From: an uncultured Nocardioidaceae bacterium
GTDB taxonomy: Bacteria > Actinomycetota > Actinomycetes > Propionibacteriales > Nocardioidaceae
Direction of reading: 5' to 3'
Assembly (NCBI GenBank): GCA_964385195.1
Contig: CAYLOC010000001.1
Span: forward strand, 1 to 46,757
Length of the DNA: 46,757 bases
A model generated the notes under the pieces. That model did no database searches, was not told the origin of the DNA, and worked only from the letters and a program-made list of their open reading frames with translations. Position numbers and translations under genes: made by a program. This document shows positions 1-9,337 of this stretch, piece by piece (within the stretch, counting starts at the first letter, position 1; each line of letters starts with the position of its first letter).

Positions 1-92
1 GACCCCCGCGTGGGGACCCGCTCGGAAGTTGAGTTTCAGGTTTCGGACGCAACATCGCTTCAGCGGCCGGTCACCACGGGTAGGGCAGAGGT

Positions 93-1745
93 ATGGGCTT
101 GGTGAAGCCCGGCTGGGTCCTGCGCTCGGCCCGGCTCTACTGCGGAGACCCCCGGCTCCGCGTTGCTGCGACGTTCGCGCAAGGCAACGAGTGGTTCCCG
201 CCCGTCCACCGATCGCAGGTCAGTCGCTGGGAGAACGGTGACATCGCACCATCGCTGGACCTGGTCCGGCGCTATGAGTCCGTCTGCGGGATGCCACCCG
301 GACAACTGGTGAGCGCGATCGACCTCGTCAACCGAGACGAAGAGCCGTTCCGTCCCGGGCCCACACTTCGCCGCCCCCCGAGCGAGGACCGCTTCGACAT
401 CGCAGAGGCAACACTGCACGCCGCCATCACGGACGCGCCCATCAGCGGAGACAACTGGGATGCACTATCGGCGCTGCTGGGACAGAACCCCACCACGCTG
501 CTGCTCGATGAGCATTGGGAGAAACTCATCATCCGCGGACTACAGGAGATGGACGTCAGCGTCGGGCTCGCCTACCAACAACGATCGGAGGCCATGGCAC
601 GCATCGCGAGCCACCCACGCGCCGCCCCCCGAGTGATCTCGGTCGTCCGTCGGGTGCTCGGCGATCCGGCAGCCCAGGTCTACAGCGAGGCCGCCGCCCT
701 GCTCCTGTGCTGCCCCCATCACGACGCCGGCGCCGTCCTGGCAGCGTCCGTGCGTGACCCGGTCAACGAGAACGCGCTGCGCGCGGCGCTGTTCAGCTCC
801 GCGGCACTGCTCCGACGCGGACGTGCGTCCAAGGAGGTGGCGGTGGACCTGGTGCGTGCCGCGCTGCAGCACTGCAGGGACGAGAGCATGACCTACCGGG
901 TACGTCGCGCCGCTGCGGACCTGCTCCTCGCGCTGGACACGACCACGAGACGCCGGCTTTCCGCCACCTTGCGCTCCGACGGTGCCGAGGAGGCCATCGC
1001 CTCGATCGTGCACGGGGACGGGCCGCGGCCGTTGCAGCTGCTGCGAGGGCTGCGACACCGCGTCCGGCAGCGGTTGACCCACCAGCTCGGGCCACGCCTG
1101 GAGGAGGAAGAGCCGTTGCTCCGGCTGGTCGACCACATCACGGTCGAGACCAATGACGAGCAGCGCGGCAAGACGTTACAGCTGCTGATGCTGCTTCCGT
1201 TCGGGCCTGCCGTCGGGCGGGCCTACCTGGCCGAGCTCAGGGAGGCGCTGGCCCAGGGCGACTCGTTGAATGTCCACGAGGCACTGAGCATCCTGTTGTG
1301 CTTGACGCCAGCCGACTCGACCGAACCGGTCGCCGACGTGGCCGTACGGTCCTGTGCCGTTCCCGACGATCCCGATGAGTTGGCCGTGGAGGCGTGCTGG
1401 GCGCTGGGGAATGCCAAGTTCACCCCGGCAACGGACAGCGAACGGACCATCGAGCGGGTCCGGACCGCCGTCGTCGAGGTCCTCGACGGCGACCGGACCG
1501 CGTCCGTGCGGCTGCTGGAGGGATGGGGGTATGTGTTGGGGATCCGGGGAGCGTACGACGTCCTCGAACACCTCCCTCCGAACGGCCATGTCGCGGAGGC
1601 CTGGGAGCACACCCGACGCTGGTGGCTGGACCTCCCCCCTGCCCTGCGGCACGCAGCCACCGAGGACCACGCCCGGATCAGCCCCAGATCTCCTCGGCGG
1701 TCTCCACCACCAACCGCAGCTTCGCGATCTGCTCATCGACGCTGA
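93..1745 (+). CDS. XRE-type HTH protein with long helical-repeat (HEAT/ARM-like) C-terminal region, function unknown
   Basis: 550-codon ORF from ATG 93. The N-terminus (VHRSQVSRWENGDIAPSLDLVRRYESVCGMPPGQL) looks like the recognition part of a Cro/XRE HTH. The rest is Leu/Ala/Arg-rich helical repeats with no catalytic motif I recognise. The last ~23 codons overlap the convergent gene 1678-2799 and look like antisense read-through, so the 3-prime end is uncertain. Confidence 0.5.
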   Translation: MGLVKPGWVLRSARLYCGDPRLRVAATFAQGNEWFPPVHRSQVSRWENGDIAPSLDLVRRYESVCGMPPGQLVSAIDLVNRDEEPFRPGPTLRRPPSEDRFDIAEATLHAAITDAPISGDNWDALSALLGQNPTTLLLDEHWEKLIIRGLQEMDVSVGLAYQQRSEAMARIASHPRAAPRVISVVRRVLGDPAAQVYSEAAALLLCCPHHDAGAVLAASVRDPVNENALRAALFSSAALLRRGRASKEVAVDLVRAALQHCRDESMTYRVRRAAADLLLALDTTTRRRLSATLRSDGAEEAIASIVHGDGPRPLQLLRGLRHRVRQRLTHQLGPRLEEEEPLLRLVDHITVETNDEQRGKTLQLLMLLPFGPAVGRAYLAELREALAQGDSLNVHEALSILLCLTPADSTEPVADVAVRSCAVPDDPDELAVEACWALGNAKFTPATDSERTIERVRTAVVEVLDGDRTASVRLLEGWGYVLGIRGAYDVLEHLPPNGHVAEAWEHTRRWWLDLPPALRHAATEDHARISPRSPRRSPPPTAASRSAHRR

Positions 1746-2799
1746 GCCGGTTCCCCTCGACGGTGGAGGAGAACCCGCACTGCGGAGACAGGCACAGCTG
1801 CTCCACCGGCACGTACGTGCTGGCCTCCTCCACGCGACGCTTCAGCGTGTCCTTGTCCTCCAACGCGGCGGTTTTCGTCGTCACCAGGCCGAGCACGACC
1901 TGCTTGCCCTTCGGCACGAACCGCAACGGCTCGAACCCGCCGGACCGCTCGTCGTCCCACTCGCAGAAGAAGCCGTCCACCTCCAGTCCCGAGAACAGCG
2001 CCTCGGCCACGAACTCGTACCCGCCCTGCGCCACCCAGGAGGAGCGGAAGTTCCCGCGACACATATGCGTCGTGACCTGCATGCCCTCCGGGCGCCCGGC
2101 GAGCGCGGCGTTGATGTTGGCGACGTACTGCTCATGCTGATGGTCCGGATCACCCCCCTGCGCCGCCACCATCGCCCGCTGCTCGGGGTCGTTGAGGTAG
2201 GCCAGGCTCGTGTCGTCCAGCTGCAGGTAGGTACAGCCGAGCTCACCCAGCCGATGGATCTGCTCGGCGTACGCAGCGGTGAGATCGGACCAGAAGCCGT
2301 CCAGCTGCGGGTACACGCGCTCGTCGATCGCTGCGCGTCCGCCGCGGTAGTGCACCATGTTCGGTGAGGGGATGGACAGCTTGGGAACCTGGTCGTCGCC
2401 GACGTGGTCGCGAAGGTAGCCGAACGCATCCGCGAAGATCGTCTTGCCCAGCCGGACCCGGTCGTGCACCGCCAGGGCGGCGGTCTCGAAGTCGAGGTCT
2501 CCGGCAGCATTGCGGAAGTGCACCTGCAGCGTCTCGTCGGTGCGGTCGATGCCGTCCAGGGCATAGATGAAGTCCATGTGCCAGGCGGTACGCCGGAACT
2601 CACCGTCGGTCGCCGACCGCAGTCCCACCGCACGCTGCAGCGCGATGACGTCGTCGATGCAGCGGTCCTCTACCTCCCGCAAGGCCTCGGCATCGATCTC
2701 GCCGGCCGCGTGGCGGGCACGGGCCTGGAGCAGGGCGGGCGGTCGAAGCAGGCTGCCGACGTGGTCGGCCCGGAACGGGGGAAGGTCACGAAGAGTCAT
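1678..2799 (-). CDS. cobalamin-independent methionine synthase (MetE C-terminal domain)-like methyltransferase family protein
   Basis: ORF 1678-3072 trimmed to in-frame ATG 2799 (MTLRDLPPFRADHVGSLLRPPALL, the typical N-terminus of the ~370-aa MetE-C-only family). Zn-ligand-like motifs THMCRGN and LSPQCGFSS are present. The 91 codons upstream are low-complexity. Confidence 0.85.
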   Translation of the reverse strand: MTLRDLPPFRADHVGSLLRPPALLQARARHAAGEIDAEALREVEDRCIDDVIALQRAVGLRSATDGEFRRTAWHMDFIYALDGIDRTDETLQVHFRNAAGDLDFETAALAVHDRVRLGKTIFADAFGYLRDHVGDDQVPKLSIPSPNMVHYRGGRAAIDERVYPQLDGFWSDLTAAYAEQIHRLGELGCTYLQLDDTSLAYLNDPEQRAMVAAQGGDPDHQHEQYVANINAALAGRPEGMQVTTHMCRGNFRSSWVAQGGYEFVAEALFSGLEVDGFFCEWDDERSGGFEPLRFVPKGKQVVLGLVTTKTAALEDKDTLKRRVEEASTYVPVEQLCLSPQCGFSSTVEGNRLSVDEQIAKLRLVVETAEEIWG

Positions 2800-2893
2800 G
2801 TCTTCCAACGTCTGCCCCGAAGCAGCCGTTGTCAACTCCTGTCCGGCGCGGTTGAGGCTGGTGGGACACTGGCCCCGGGAGGTGTGCAGCCAC

Positions 2894-3634
2894 ATGGAGC
2901 AGGGCCGGTCAGACGCCGGGACCGTCGACGAGCACACCGGCGCCATCGCCCGACCGGACGCACTGTTGGCGAAGGTGGCGGCGGCCCCGACGCGCTTCTG
3001 GGTCGGATGCCTGTTCGCGGTCCTCTTCGGGTGGGTGACCCTCGATGTGTTACTGACCGGGCCCCTCGTCACGTTCGACCACGTGGTGGAGTCATGGGTG
3101 GTCCATCACATCCCGCACGACGTCATCCTCACGATGCGACGCTGGGTGGTGCTGCCGGGGCAACGCCTGTACAACGTGCCACCGCTGGGCGTGCTGGCGG
3201 TCCTGGCCGCATGGCGTCACCGGCAGCTCCGGCCGATGGCCGTCCCGCTGGCGGTGATGGTGTTCCTGGCCGTCGTCGTGCCGGCGATGAAGATCTGGAC
3301 CGGTCGCACCAACCCGCTCAGCGGCGGGGACCACCTGTGGGCGGGCGGCACCGAGTACCCCTCCGGCCACGAGATCAACGCCATCGTGGTGTGGGGGATG
3401 ACGTTCCTGCTCGCGACCACGCTGTCCTGGCCGGTCGGTCGCTGGCTGACCGCCAGACGACGGGCGCTGCTGACCACCCTGATGGGGGTCGTCGTCGGTG
3501 GAGCGGTGGTCATCGCCCGTACCCACTGGCTCAGCGACGTGATCGCCAGCATCTTCTTCTCCCTACCACTGCTGTGGGCGATCCAGTGGTACGGGATGGT
3601 GCGACAGACATCGCCTGAAGGAGGCCCGCCATGA
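2894..3634 (+). CDS. PAP2-family membrane phosphatase
   Basis: ORF 2567-3634 trimmed to ATG 2894. Several hydrophobic spans. Motifs KIWTGRTNP / PSGH / ARTHWLSD approximate the three PAP2 acid-phosphatase motifs. Confidence 0.8.
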   Translation: MEQGRSDAGTVDEHTGAIARPDALLAKVAAAPTRFWVGCLFAVLFGWVTLDVLLTGPLVTFDHVVESWVVHHIPHDVILTMRRWVVLPGQRLYNVPPLGVLAVLAAWRHRQLRPMAVPLAVMVFLAVVVPAMKIWTGRTNPLSGGDHLWAGGTEYPSGHEINAIVVWGMTFLLATTLSWPVGRWLTARRRALLTTLMGVVVGGAVVIARTHWLSDVIASIFFSLPLLWAIQWYGMVRQTSPEGGPP

Positions 3635-4380
3635 CCGAAGCGATCCGGGAGTACTGGGACATCGATGCCGCCACCTACGACCGATCCGCGAGCCACCACC
3701 CCAGCACACCGTTGCAGCGTGCCGCCTGGCGGGGTGCGCTCGCGCAACTCGTCGGAGAACGAAACGGCCTACGGGTGCTCGACGTCGGTGCAGGCACCGG
3801 ATTCCTGTCGTTGCTGCTTGCCGAACTCGGTCACCGGGTGACGGCGGCGGACCTGTCCTCCGGGATGCTGGAGCAGTTGCAACGTAAGGCCGCGGAGGGC
3901 GGCTACGCGGTATCGACCACGCAGACCGACGCCACGGGGGTGCCGGCCGGGCCGTTCGACGTGGTCGTCTCCCGGCATCTGATGTGGCTGCTGCCTGACC
4001 CGGTGGCGGCGTTGCGAGCCTGGGCTGCGGCGGCACCCTCTGGCCGGTTGGTGCTCGTGGACAGTGAGTGGGGGTCGTCCGCGGACGCGACGGAGCGGGT
4101 ACGCCGATCCGCCCGGCACGCTCTCGCGCGCGTCCGCCGTACCCCTCCGGCTCACCATGCCGACTTCGACGAGGTGACCCGGGAGCGGCTGCCGCTCGGT
4201 CACGGCCCCAGCCCTGCCGAGTTGCTGGAGGTCGTAACGGCCGCGGGCTGGGCTGCTCCGCAGGCCCATCGGCTGGACACCGTCGAGTGGGCCATGCGCG
4301 AGCGGCTGCCGTGGCCCGAGCGAGCCCTCGGCGTACCACCGCTGTTCGCGATCGTTGCTGACTCCCCGGCGCCCGACTGA
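3631..4380 (+). CDS. class I SAM-dependent methyltransferase
   Basis: Motif I is VLDVGAGTGFLS followed by an acidic residue (AADLS). The ATGA start/stop overlap with the PAP2 gene suggests translational coupling. Confidence 0.85.
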   Translation: MTEAIREYWDIDAATYDRSASHHPSTPLQRAAWRGALAQLVGERNGLRVLDVGAGTGFLSLLLAELGHRVTAADLSSGMLEQLQRKAAEGGYAVSTTQTDATGVPAGPFDVVVSRHLMWLLPDPVAALRAWAAAAPSGRLVLVDSEWGSSADATERVRRSARHALARVRRTPPAHHADFDEVTRERLPLGHGPSPAELLEVVTAAGWAAPQAHRLDTVEWAMRERLPWPERALGVPPLFAIVADSPAPD

Positions 4381-4470
4381 CACATACCCGACATCTCCAA
4401 CGGTGGACAGCCGGCTTCGTGACCCCTAAGTTGGCTCGGTACTACTCATTACCCACCAAGGAGAGTGTCT

Positions 4471-7005
4471 ATGAGGACGGGCCCCCGACGCAGCCTGGCC
4501 ATCGTGTCCAGCGCCGCGCTCGCTGTGGGTACGCTCACCGCGCTCGCCGCCCCTGCACCCGCGGCGAACACGAGCGCCCCCCAGCAGCGTTCCGCACACG
4601 CACCCAACACCGACCATCCGACCCTGACCGACGACCTGCCCGATCCGCTCAGCAGCAAGCAGTCCGCCTTGCGCAAAAAGGCGCTGGCGGACGTCCTCAG
4701 CGGCAAACGGAAAGCGGTCACCATCAACGGCAGCACCGTCGTGAAGATGGGCACCGAGCCCACGAAGGCGGAACGGCCGTCGAAGCGGATGTTCACCCAC
4801 CCGCAGCAGGCCGCCGCGGCGGAGCCGGAGATCACCGCAGACTCCGCGCCGCTGACCCTGCAGTCCCACCGTCGGCACAACGACCGCCAAGATCGCTATG
4901 TCGAGCTGTCGCGGGAGAAGACCGACAACCTGTTCGTGATCCTCGTCGAGTTCGGCAACGAACGGGACCCGAACTACCCCGACGAGGACAGTGACCCGGA
5001 GACTCCCGGGCCCTACAAGTTCGACGGACCGTTGCATGGGAACATCCCCCAGCCGGACCGCACGAAGAACAACTCCACGATCTGGTCACCGAACTTCGAC
5101 AAGGACCACTACCGCAACCTGTACTTCAACGACAACCGCAAACAGTCGCTGACCAGCTACTACCAGAAGCAGTCCTCGGGCCGGTACTCCGTCGAGGGCG
5201 AGATCGCCGGCTGGGTGCAGGTGCCCTACAACGAGGCGCGGTACGGCCGGAACATCTCCTTCAACCCCGACGGCAGCGTGGCCTGCCAGAGCATCGTGTG
5301 CCCGAACGTGTGGCACATGGTCGAGGACGGGCTCGACGCCTGGGTGGCGAAGAAGAAGGGCGCCGGGATGACCACGGCGGAGATCAAGGCCGAGTTGGCG
5401 AAGTTCGACGAGTGGGACCGCTACGACTACGACGGCGACGGCAACTTCAACGAGCCGGACGGCTACATCGACCACTTCCAGATCCTGCACGCCGGTGCCG
5501 GCGAAGCGGCCGGTGCTCCGGTGTACGGCGAGGACGCGGTCTGGTCCCACAGCTGGTACGTCAACGCCGACAAGATCGGTGTGAGCGGCCCGTCGTACAA
5601 CCCCTACGGCGGTTACCAGATCGGCGACACCGGGATGTGGGTCGGCAACTACCTGACCGAGCCGGAGAACGCCGGCCTGGGAGTGCTCGCACACGAGTAC
5701 GGCCATGACCTGGGGCTCCCGGACGAATACGACACCACCTACACCGGCGAGGCGAGCTCGGCGTTCTGGACGCTGATGTCCTCCGGTTCCTACATGTCAC
5801 TGCCGCAGGACGAGGGGATCGGCACCCGGGCCGTCGACCTCAATGCGTGGGACAAGCTGCAGCTCGGGTGGCTGGACTACATCATCGCCACGCCAGGGAT
5901 GAACCGCCGTTATGTCCTGGGTCCGGCAGAGTACAACTCACGACGCCCCCAGGGGATGGTCGTCGTACTGCCCGACAAGGAGGTCACCTACGACTACGGG
6001 GACCCGTACGCCGGTGCGCACATGTGGTGGTCGACGAAGGGCAACCAGATGACCACCACGATGACCCACGCATTCGACCTGTCCGAGGCATCCTCCGCTG
6101 AGGTCACGTTGAAGTCGAGGTTCTCCATCGAGACCGGCTACGACTTCCTCTACGCAGAGGTGTCCACCGACGGCGGTGCCACCTGGACGGCGCTGGACGG
6201 GACGGTGAACGGGGCGCCGTTCTCCTCCGATGCCGGCGGGAACCCGGCGATCACCGGGTCCACCGACGGCGAGTGGGCCGACGTCAGCATCCCGCTGGAT
6301 GCCTATGCCGGCCAACAGGTGGAGTTCCGGTTCCGGTACGCGACCGACCCCGCCGTCGCCGGCGACGGGTTCTTCGCCGACAACTTCGCGCTCACCGCCG
6401 ACGGTGAGACGGTGTACAGCGACGGGGCCGAGGAGGGTGACCACGGCTGGAGCCTTGATGGCTTCAAGGCCACCACCGGAACGGAGACGGTCAGCTACGA
6501 CAACTTCTACATCGTGGCGAACCGGAACTATGTCTCCTACGACAAGACGCTGGAGTACGGTCCGTACAACTTCGGGTTCCCCGACCGCAGGAACTGGGTC
6601 GAGCACTACCCGTACCAGGACGGCGTCTTGATCTCCTACTGGGACACCTCCTACGTGGACAACAACGTGGGTCAACACCCGGGCCACGGCCTGATCCTGC
6701 CGATCGACGCGCATCCGCGCCCGGTCTACAACATGGAGGGCCAGGCATGGAACACCCGGATCCAGGTGTACGACGCCACGTTCGGTACCCAGCGGGTGGA
6801 CTCGTTCATGTTGCACGTGAACGGCAAGCCGAGTTACCTGCGCGGTGGCCACGCGGTCCGCATGTTCAACGACCACCGGCAGTACTGGTACCCGAGTAAG
6901 CCGGACGCCGGCGTCAAGGTGCCCGAGACCGGCACGCACATCAAGGTGCAGCACGAGCGCGGCACCTCGGTCGTGCTGCGGGTGAAGGCGCCAGCGATCG
7001 GCTGA
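4471..7005 (+). CDS. secreted M6-family (immune inhibitor A-like) zinc metalloprotease
   Basis: Zinc-binding site HEYGHDLGLPDEYD (HExxH plus downstream acidic residues, as in InhA). N-terminal signal peptide MRTGPRRSLAIVSSAALAVGTLTALAAPAPA. ATG 4471 is preferred over GTG 4465 because AAGGAGAG sits 6 nt upstream. Confidence 0.85.
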   Translation: MRTGPRRSLAIVSSAALAVGTLTALAAPAPAANTSAPQQRSAHAPNTDHPTLTDDLPDPLSSKQSALRKKALADVLSGKRKAVTINGSTVVKMGTEPTKAERPSKRMFTHPQQAAAAEPEITADSAPLTLQSHRRHNDRQDRYVELSREKTDNLFVILVEFGNERDPNYPDEDSDPETPGPYKFDGPLHGNIPQPDRTKNNSTIWSPNFDKDHYRNLYFNDNRKQSLTSYYQKQSSGRYSVEGEIAGWVQVPYNEARYGRNISFNPDGSVACQSIVCPNVWHMVEDGLDAWVAKKKGAGMTTAEIKAELAKFDEWDRYDYDGDGNFNEPDGYIDHFQILHAGAGEAAGAPVYGEDAVWSHSWYVNADKIGVSGPSYNPYGGYQIGDTGMWVGNYLTEPENAGLGVLAHEYGHDLGLPDEYDTTYTGEASSAFWTLMSSGSYMSLPQDEGIGTRAVDLNAWDKLQLGWLDYIIATPGMNRRYVLGPAEYNSRRPQGMVVVLPDKEVTYDYGDPYAGAHMWWSTKGNQMTTTMTHAFDLSEASSAEVTLKSRFSIETGYDFLYAEVSTDGGATWTALDGTVNGAPFSSDAGGNPAITGSTDGEWADVSIPLDAYAGQQVEFRFRYATDPAVAGDGFFADNFALTADGETVYSDGAEEGDHGWSLDGFKATTGTETVSYDNFYIVANRNYVSYDKTLEYGPYNFGFPDRRNWVEHYPYQDGVLISYWDTSYVDNNVGQHPGHGLILPIDAHPRPVYNMEGQAWNTRIQVYDATFGTQRVDSFMLHVNGKPSYLRGGHAVRMFNDHRQYWYPSKPDAGVKVPETGTHIKVQHERGTSVVLRVKAPAIG

Positions 7006-7052
7006 TCGGCGCGGAGCGGGAACCTGTGCCGACCCGCGTGCGTCCCACCACC

Positions 7053-7514
7053 ATGGGACGTCACCACGGTCTCGGCGCAGTCGTCGCCGGTGTGGCCCTG
7101 CTCGCCTCCGTCTACGGATGCGGGCAGGGCCCTCCGGTCGACCGTGACACCTCCGAGCCTTCGGGTACGTCGACGGGCGCGACCGCGGCGGCCGCCACGA
7201 CACTCAGTGACGCGCTACCGTCGACACCGATGGCTGCCTCCCCCTCACCACCTGGTGGTCCGCGGATCGAACCCGGTCCGCACGGCACCTTCCGGGCCCG
7301 TTACCCGTGGACGGCCACGGGCAAGGTGACGCGCGACCCCGACGATGGCTGCCTGCTGCTCGTCACCGATGACGCGACGTACGCACTGGTCGGCGAGCCG
7401 GACGTCCTCCCCGAACCCGGACGCCGCGTCACGGTGCAGGGCATGGTGGACCGGACGTTGTCCACGCTTTGTACGGAGCTGCCCTTGCAGGTCGACGTCG
7501 TCACCCCGCAGTAG
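7053..7514 (+). CDS. small putative lipoprotein, unknown function
   Basis: MGRHHGLGAVVAGVALLASVYGC is a signal peptide with a lipobox-like VYGC, followed by a Ser/Thr/Ala/Pro-rich linker. The C-terminal ~70-aa module has two Cys (DDGCLLLVTDDATYALVG...TLCTELPLQV). The start could instead be GTG 7026. Confidence 0.55.
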   Translation: MGRHHGLGAVVAGVALLASVYGCGQGPPVDRDTSEPSGTSTGATAAAATTLSDALPSTPMAASPSPPGGPRIEPGPHGTFRARYPWTATGKVTRDPDDGCLLLVTDDATYALVGEPDVLPEPGRRVTVQGMVDRTLSTLCTELPLQVDVVTPQ

Positions 7515-7539
7515 CCGCTCGTCCCGGCCGGGCCGGTTC

Positions 7540-8418
7540 TCACTTGATGGAGCCGGCAGTGAGGCCGCCCACCACCTTCCGTTCGATCAACGCGAACAAG
7601 ACGATCACGGGGATCGTGGCGATCACCGACGCCGCGAACAGGTGCTGCCACTCGATGTTGTACGCCCCGAGGAACCCGTTGATCGCGACGGTCAACGGCT
7701 GTTTGTCCGGGGAGGACGTGAGGGTCAGCGCGACGAGGAACTCGTTCCAGGCCGCGATGAACGTGAAGATCAGCGCGGTCACGATCCCTGGCCCGGCGAG
7801 CGGCAGGGTGATGTGGCGAACGGCCCGCAGCCTGCCGGCGCCCTCGACCATCGCGGACTCTTCGAGCTCCTTGGGGATGGAACCGAAATAGGCCGTGAGG
7901 ATCCACACCGCGAAGGCCATGTTGAAGCCGGCGTTCACCAGGATCAACGCCCATACCGTGTTCAGGCCGTCCAACTGAAGGTACTGCCGGTAGATTCCGA
8001 CGAGCATGGACGCCGGTCGCAACATCTGGGTGACCAGGACGAGCACCAAGAACAGGATCCGACCCCGGAACTTGTGTCGTGCGGTGTAGTAGGCGGCAGG
8101 CGTGGCCACCAGCAGCACCAGAACCGTCGCCCCTCCGGCGATGATCAACGTGATGAACAGGTTGTGGATCAGGCCGGTCTGCAGCAACGTCGAGTAGGCA
8201 GACCCCTCGAAGTGCTTGGGCAGGATCGCCGAGGTCAGCAGCTCCTTCTGCGGCCGCAGCGAGGTGATGACCATGTCGAGGTACGGGAAGATGAAGAGGA
8301 ACGCGATCACGTACGTCGCGGCGCACAGTGCCACGGTCTTCCACCTCGGGCGGCCCCGGAAACGTCGCTTGCGCGGGCGTACTGCCGTCCGCGGCGGATC
8401 CAGCGTCGAGGCGGTCAT
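7540..8418 (-). CDS. carbohydrate ABC transporter permease (MalG/UgpE-like)
   Basis: About six hydrophobic spans and the EAA loop LEESAMVEGAGRLRAVRHITLPLAGP. Adjacent to a second permease and a binding protein on the same strand. Confidence 0.9.
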   Translation of the reverse strand: MTASTLDPPRTAVRPRKRRFRGRPRWKTVALCAATYVIAFLFIFPYLDMVITSLRPQKELLTSAILPKHFEGSAYSTLLQTGLIHNLFITLIIAGGATVLVLLVATPAAYYTARHKFRGRILFLVLVLVTQMLRPASMLVGIYRQYLQLDGLNTVWALILVNAGFNMAFAVWILTAYFGSIPKELEESAMVEGAGRLRAVRHITLPLAGPGIVTALIFTFIAAWNEFLVALTLTSSPDKQPLTVAINGFLGAYNIEWQHLFAASVIATIPVIVLFALIERKVVGGLTAGSIK

Positions 8419-8419
8419 C

Positions 8420-9271
8420 TCACTGCACCTCCGCCCGCCAGCCGCTCATCTTCAAGAAGACCCCGGTGAAGACGGCGACGATGCCGAAGTTGATGACCGA
8501 CATGGCGGCGGACTCCCCCAGGTCCGAGGCCTTGAGGATGTACATGAACACCGTGCTCGTCGTGGTCGAGTAGCCGGGTTGGCCGTGGGTCATGGCCCAG
8601 ATGATCGGAAAGTTGTTGAACACGTTCATGATGTTGATCAACGTGGCCACGGTGATCGCCGGCCGGAGGAGCGGCAGTGTCACCGACCAGTAGCTGCGCC
8701 AACGGGAGGCACCATCGACCTCGGCGGCCTCGTACAGCTCATCAGGGATCGTCGCCAGGCCGGCGAGGATCGCGTACGTCGAGAACGGCAGCGACACGAA
8801 GATGGCAACGAAGATCAGCCACGGCAGCGCGGAGCCGGCCTGGCCGAGGGGATCGGCCCGGTTCAGGGGGCCGACGAGTCCGAGGTCGTGCCCGATCACG
8901 TTGAACAGGCCGTACCCGGCCTGGAGCATCCACTTGAACACGATGGCGGTCATCAGCACCGAGGCAGCCCACGGCGCGACGAGCGCCCACCGCGTGACCC
9001 GCCGCCCCGGGAACCGCTTGTTGAACAGCTGAGCCAGCCCCAGCGAGACGATCATCGTGATGACGACGACCGATACGACCCAGATGACACTCCGTTCGAT
9101 GACGCCGGCGAACGCCGGCTCGTTGAACAGTTTCGTGAAGTTGCCCCACCCGTTGCCCCCTTCGATCACTCCGAAGGAGCTGAACTTCAAAAACGCACTC
9201 CGGAACATGCTCACCACGGGCCAGACCACGACGAACCCGATCAGGGCGATGGCCGGGCCGATCCACACCAA
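8420..9271 (-). CDS. carbohydrate ABC transporter permease (MalF/UgpA-like)
   Basis: EAA loop LYEAAEVDGASRWRSYWSVTLPLLRP. The track start is TTG 9271. The frame stays open up to the TAA of the upstream gene, so the true start is uncertain. Confidence 0.85.
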   Translation of the reverse strand: MVWIGPAIALIGFVVVWPVVSMFRSAFLKFSSFGVIEGGNGWGNFTKLFNEPAFAGVIERSVIWVVSVVVITMIVSLGLAQLFNKRFPGRRVTRWALVAPWAASVLMTAIVFKWMLQAGYGLFNVIGHDLGLVGPLNRADPLGQAGSALPWLIFVAIFVSLPFSTYAILAGLATIPDELYEAAEVDGASRWRSYWSVTLPLLRPAITVATLINIMNVFNNFPIIWAMTHGQPGYSTTTSTVFMYILKASDLGESAAMSVINFGIVAVFTGVFLKMSGWRAEVQ

Positions 9272-9337
9272 CGGGGTCAGCCGACGGGCGAAACGGCGAC
9301 CCGCGGGCGACCGTCTTGTTGTACGCAGCAGCGACTC

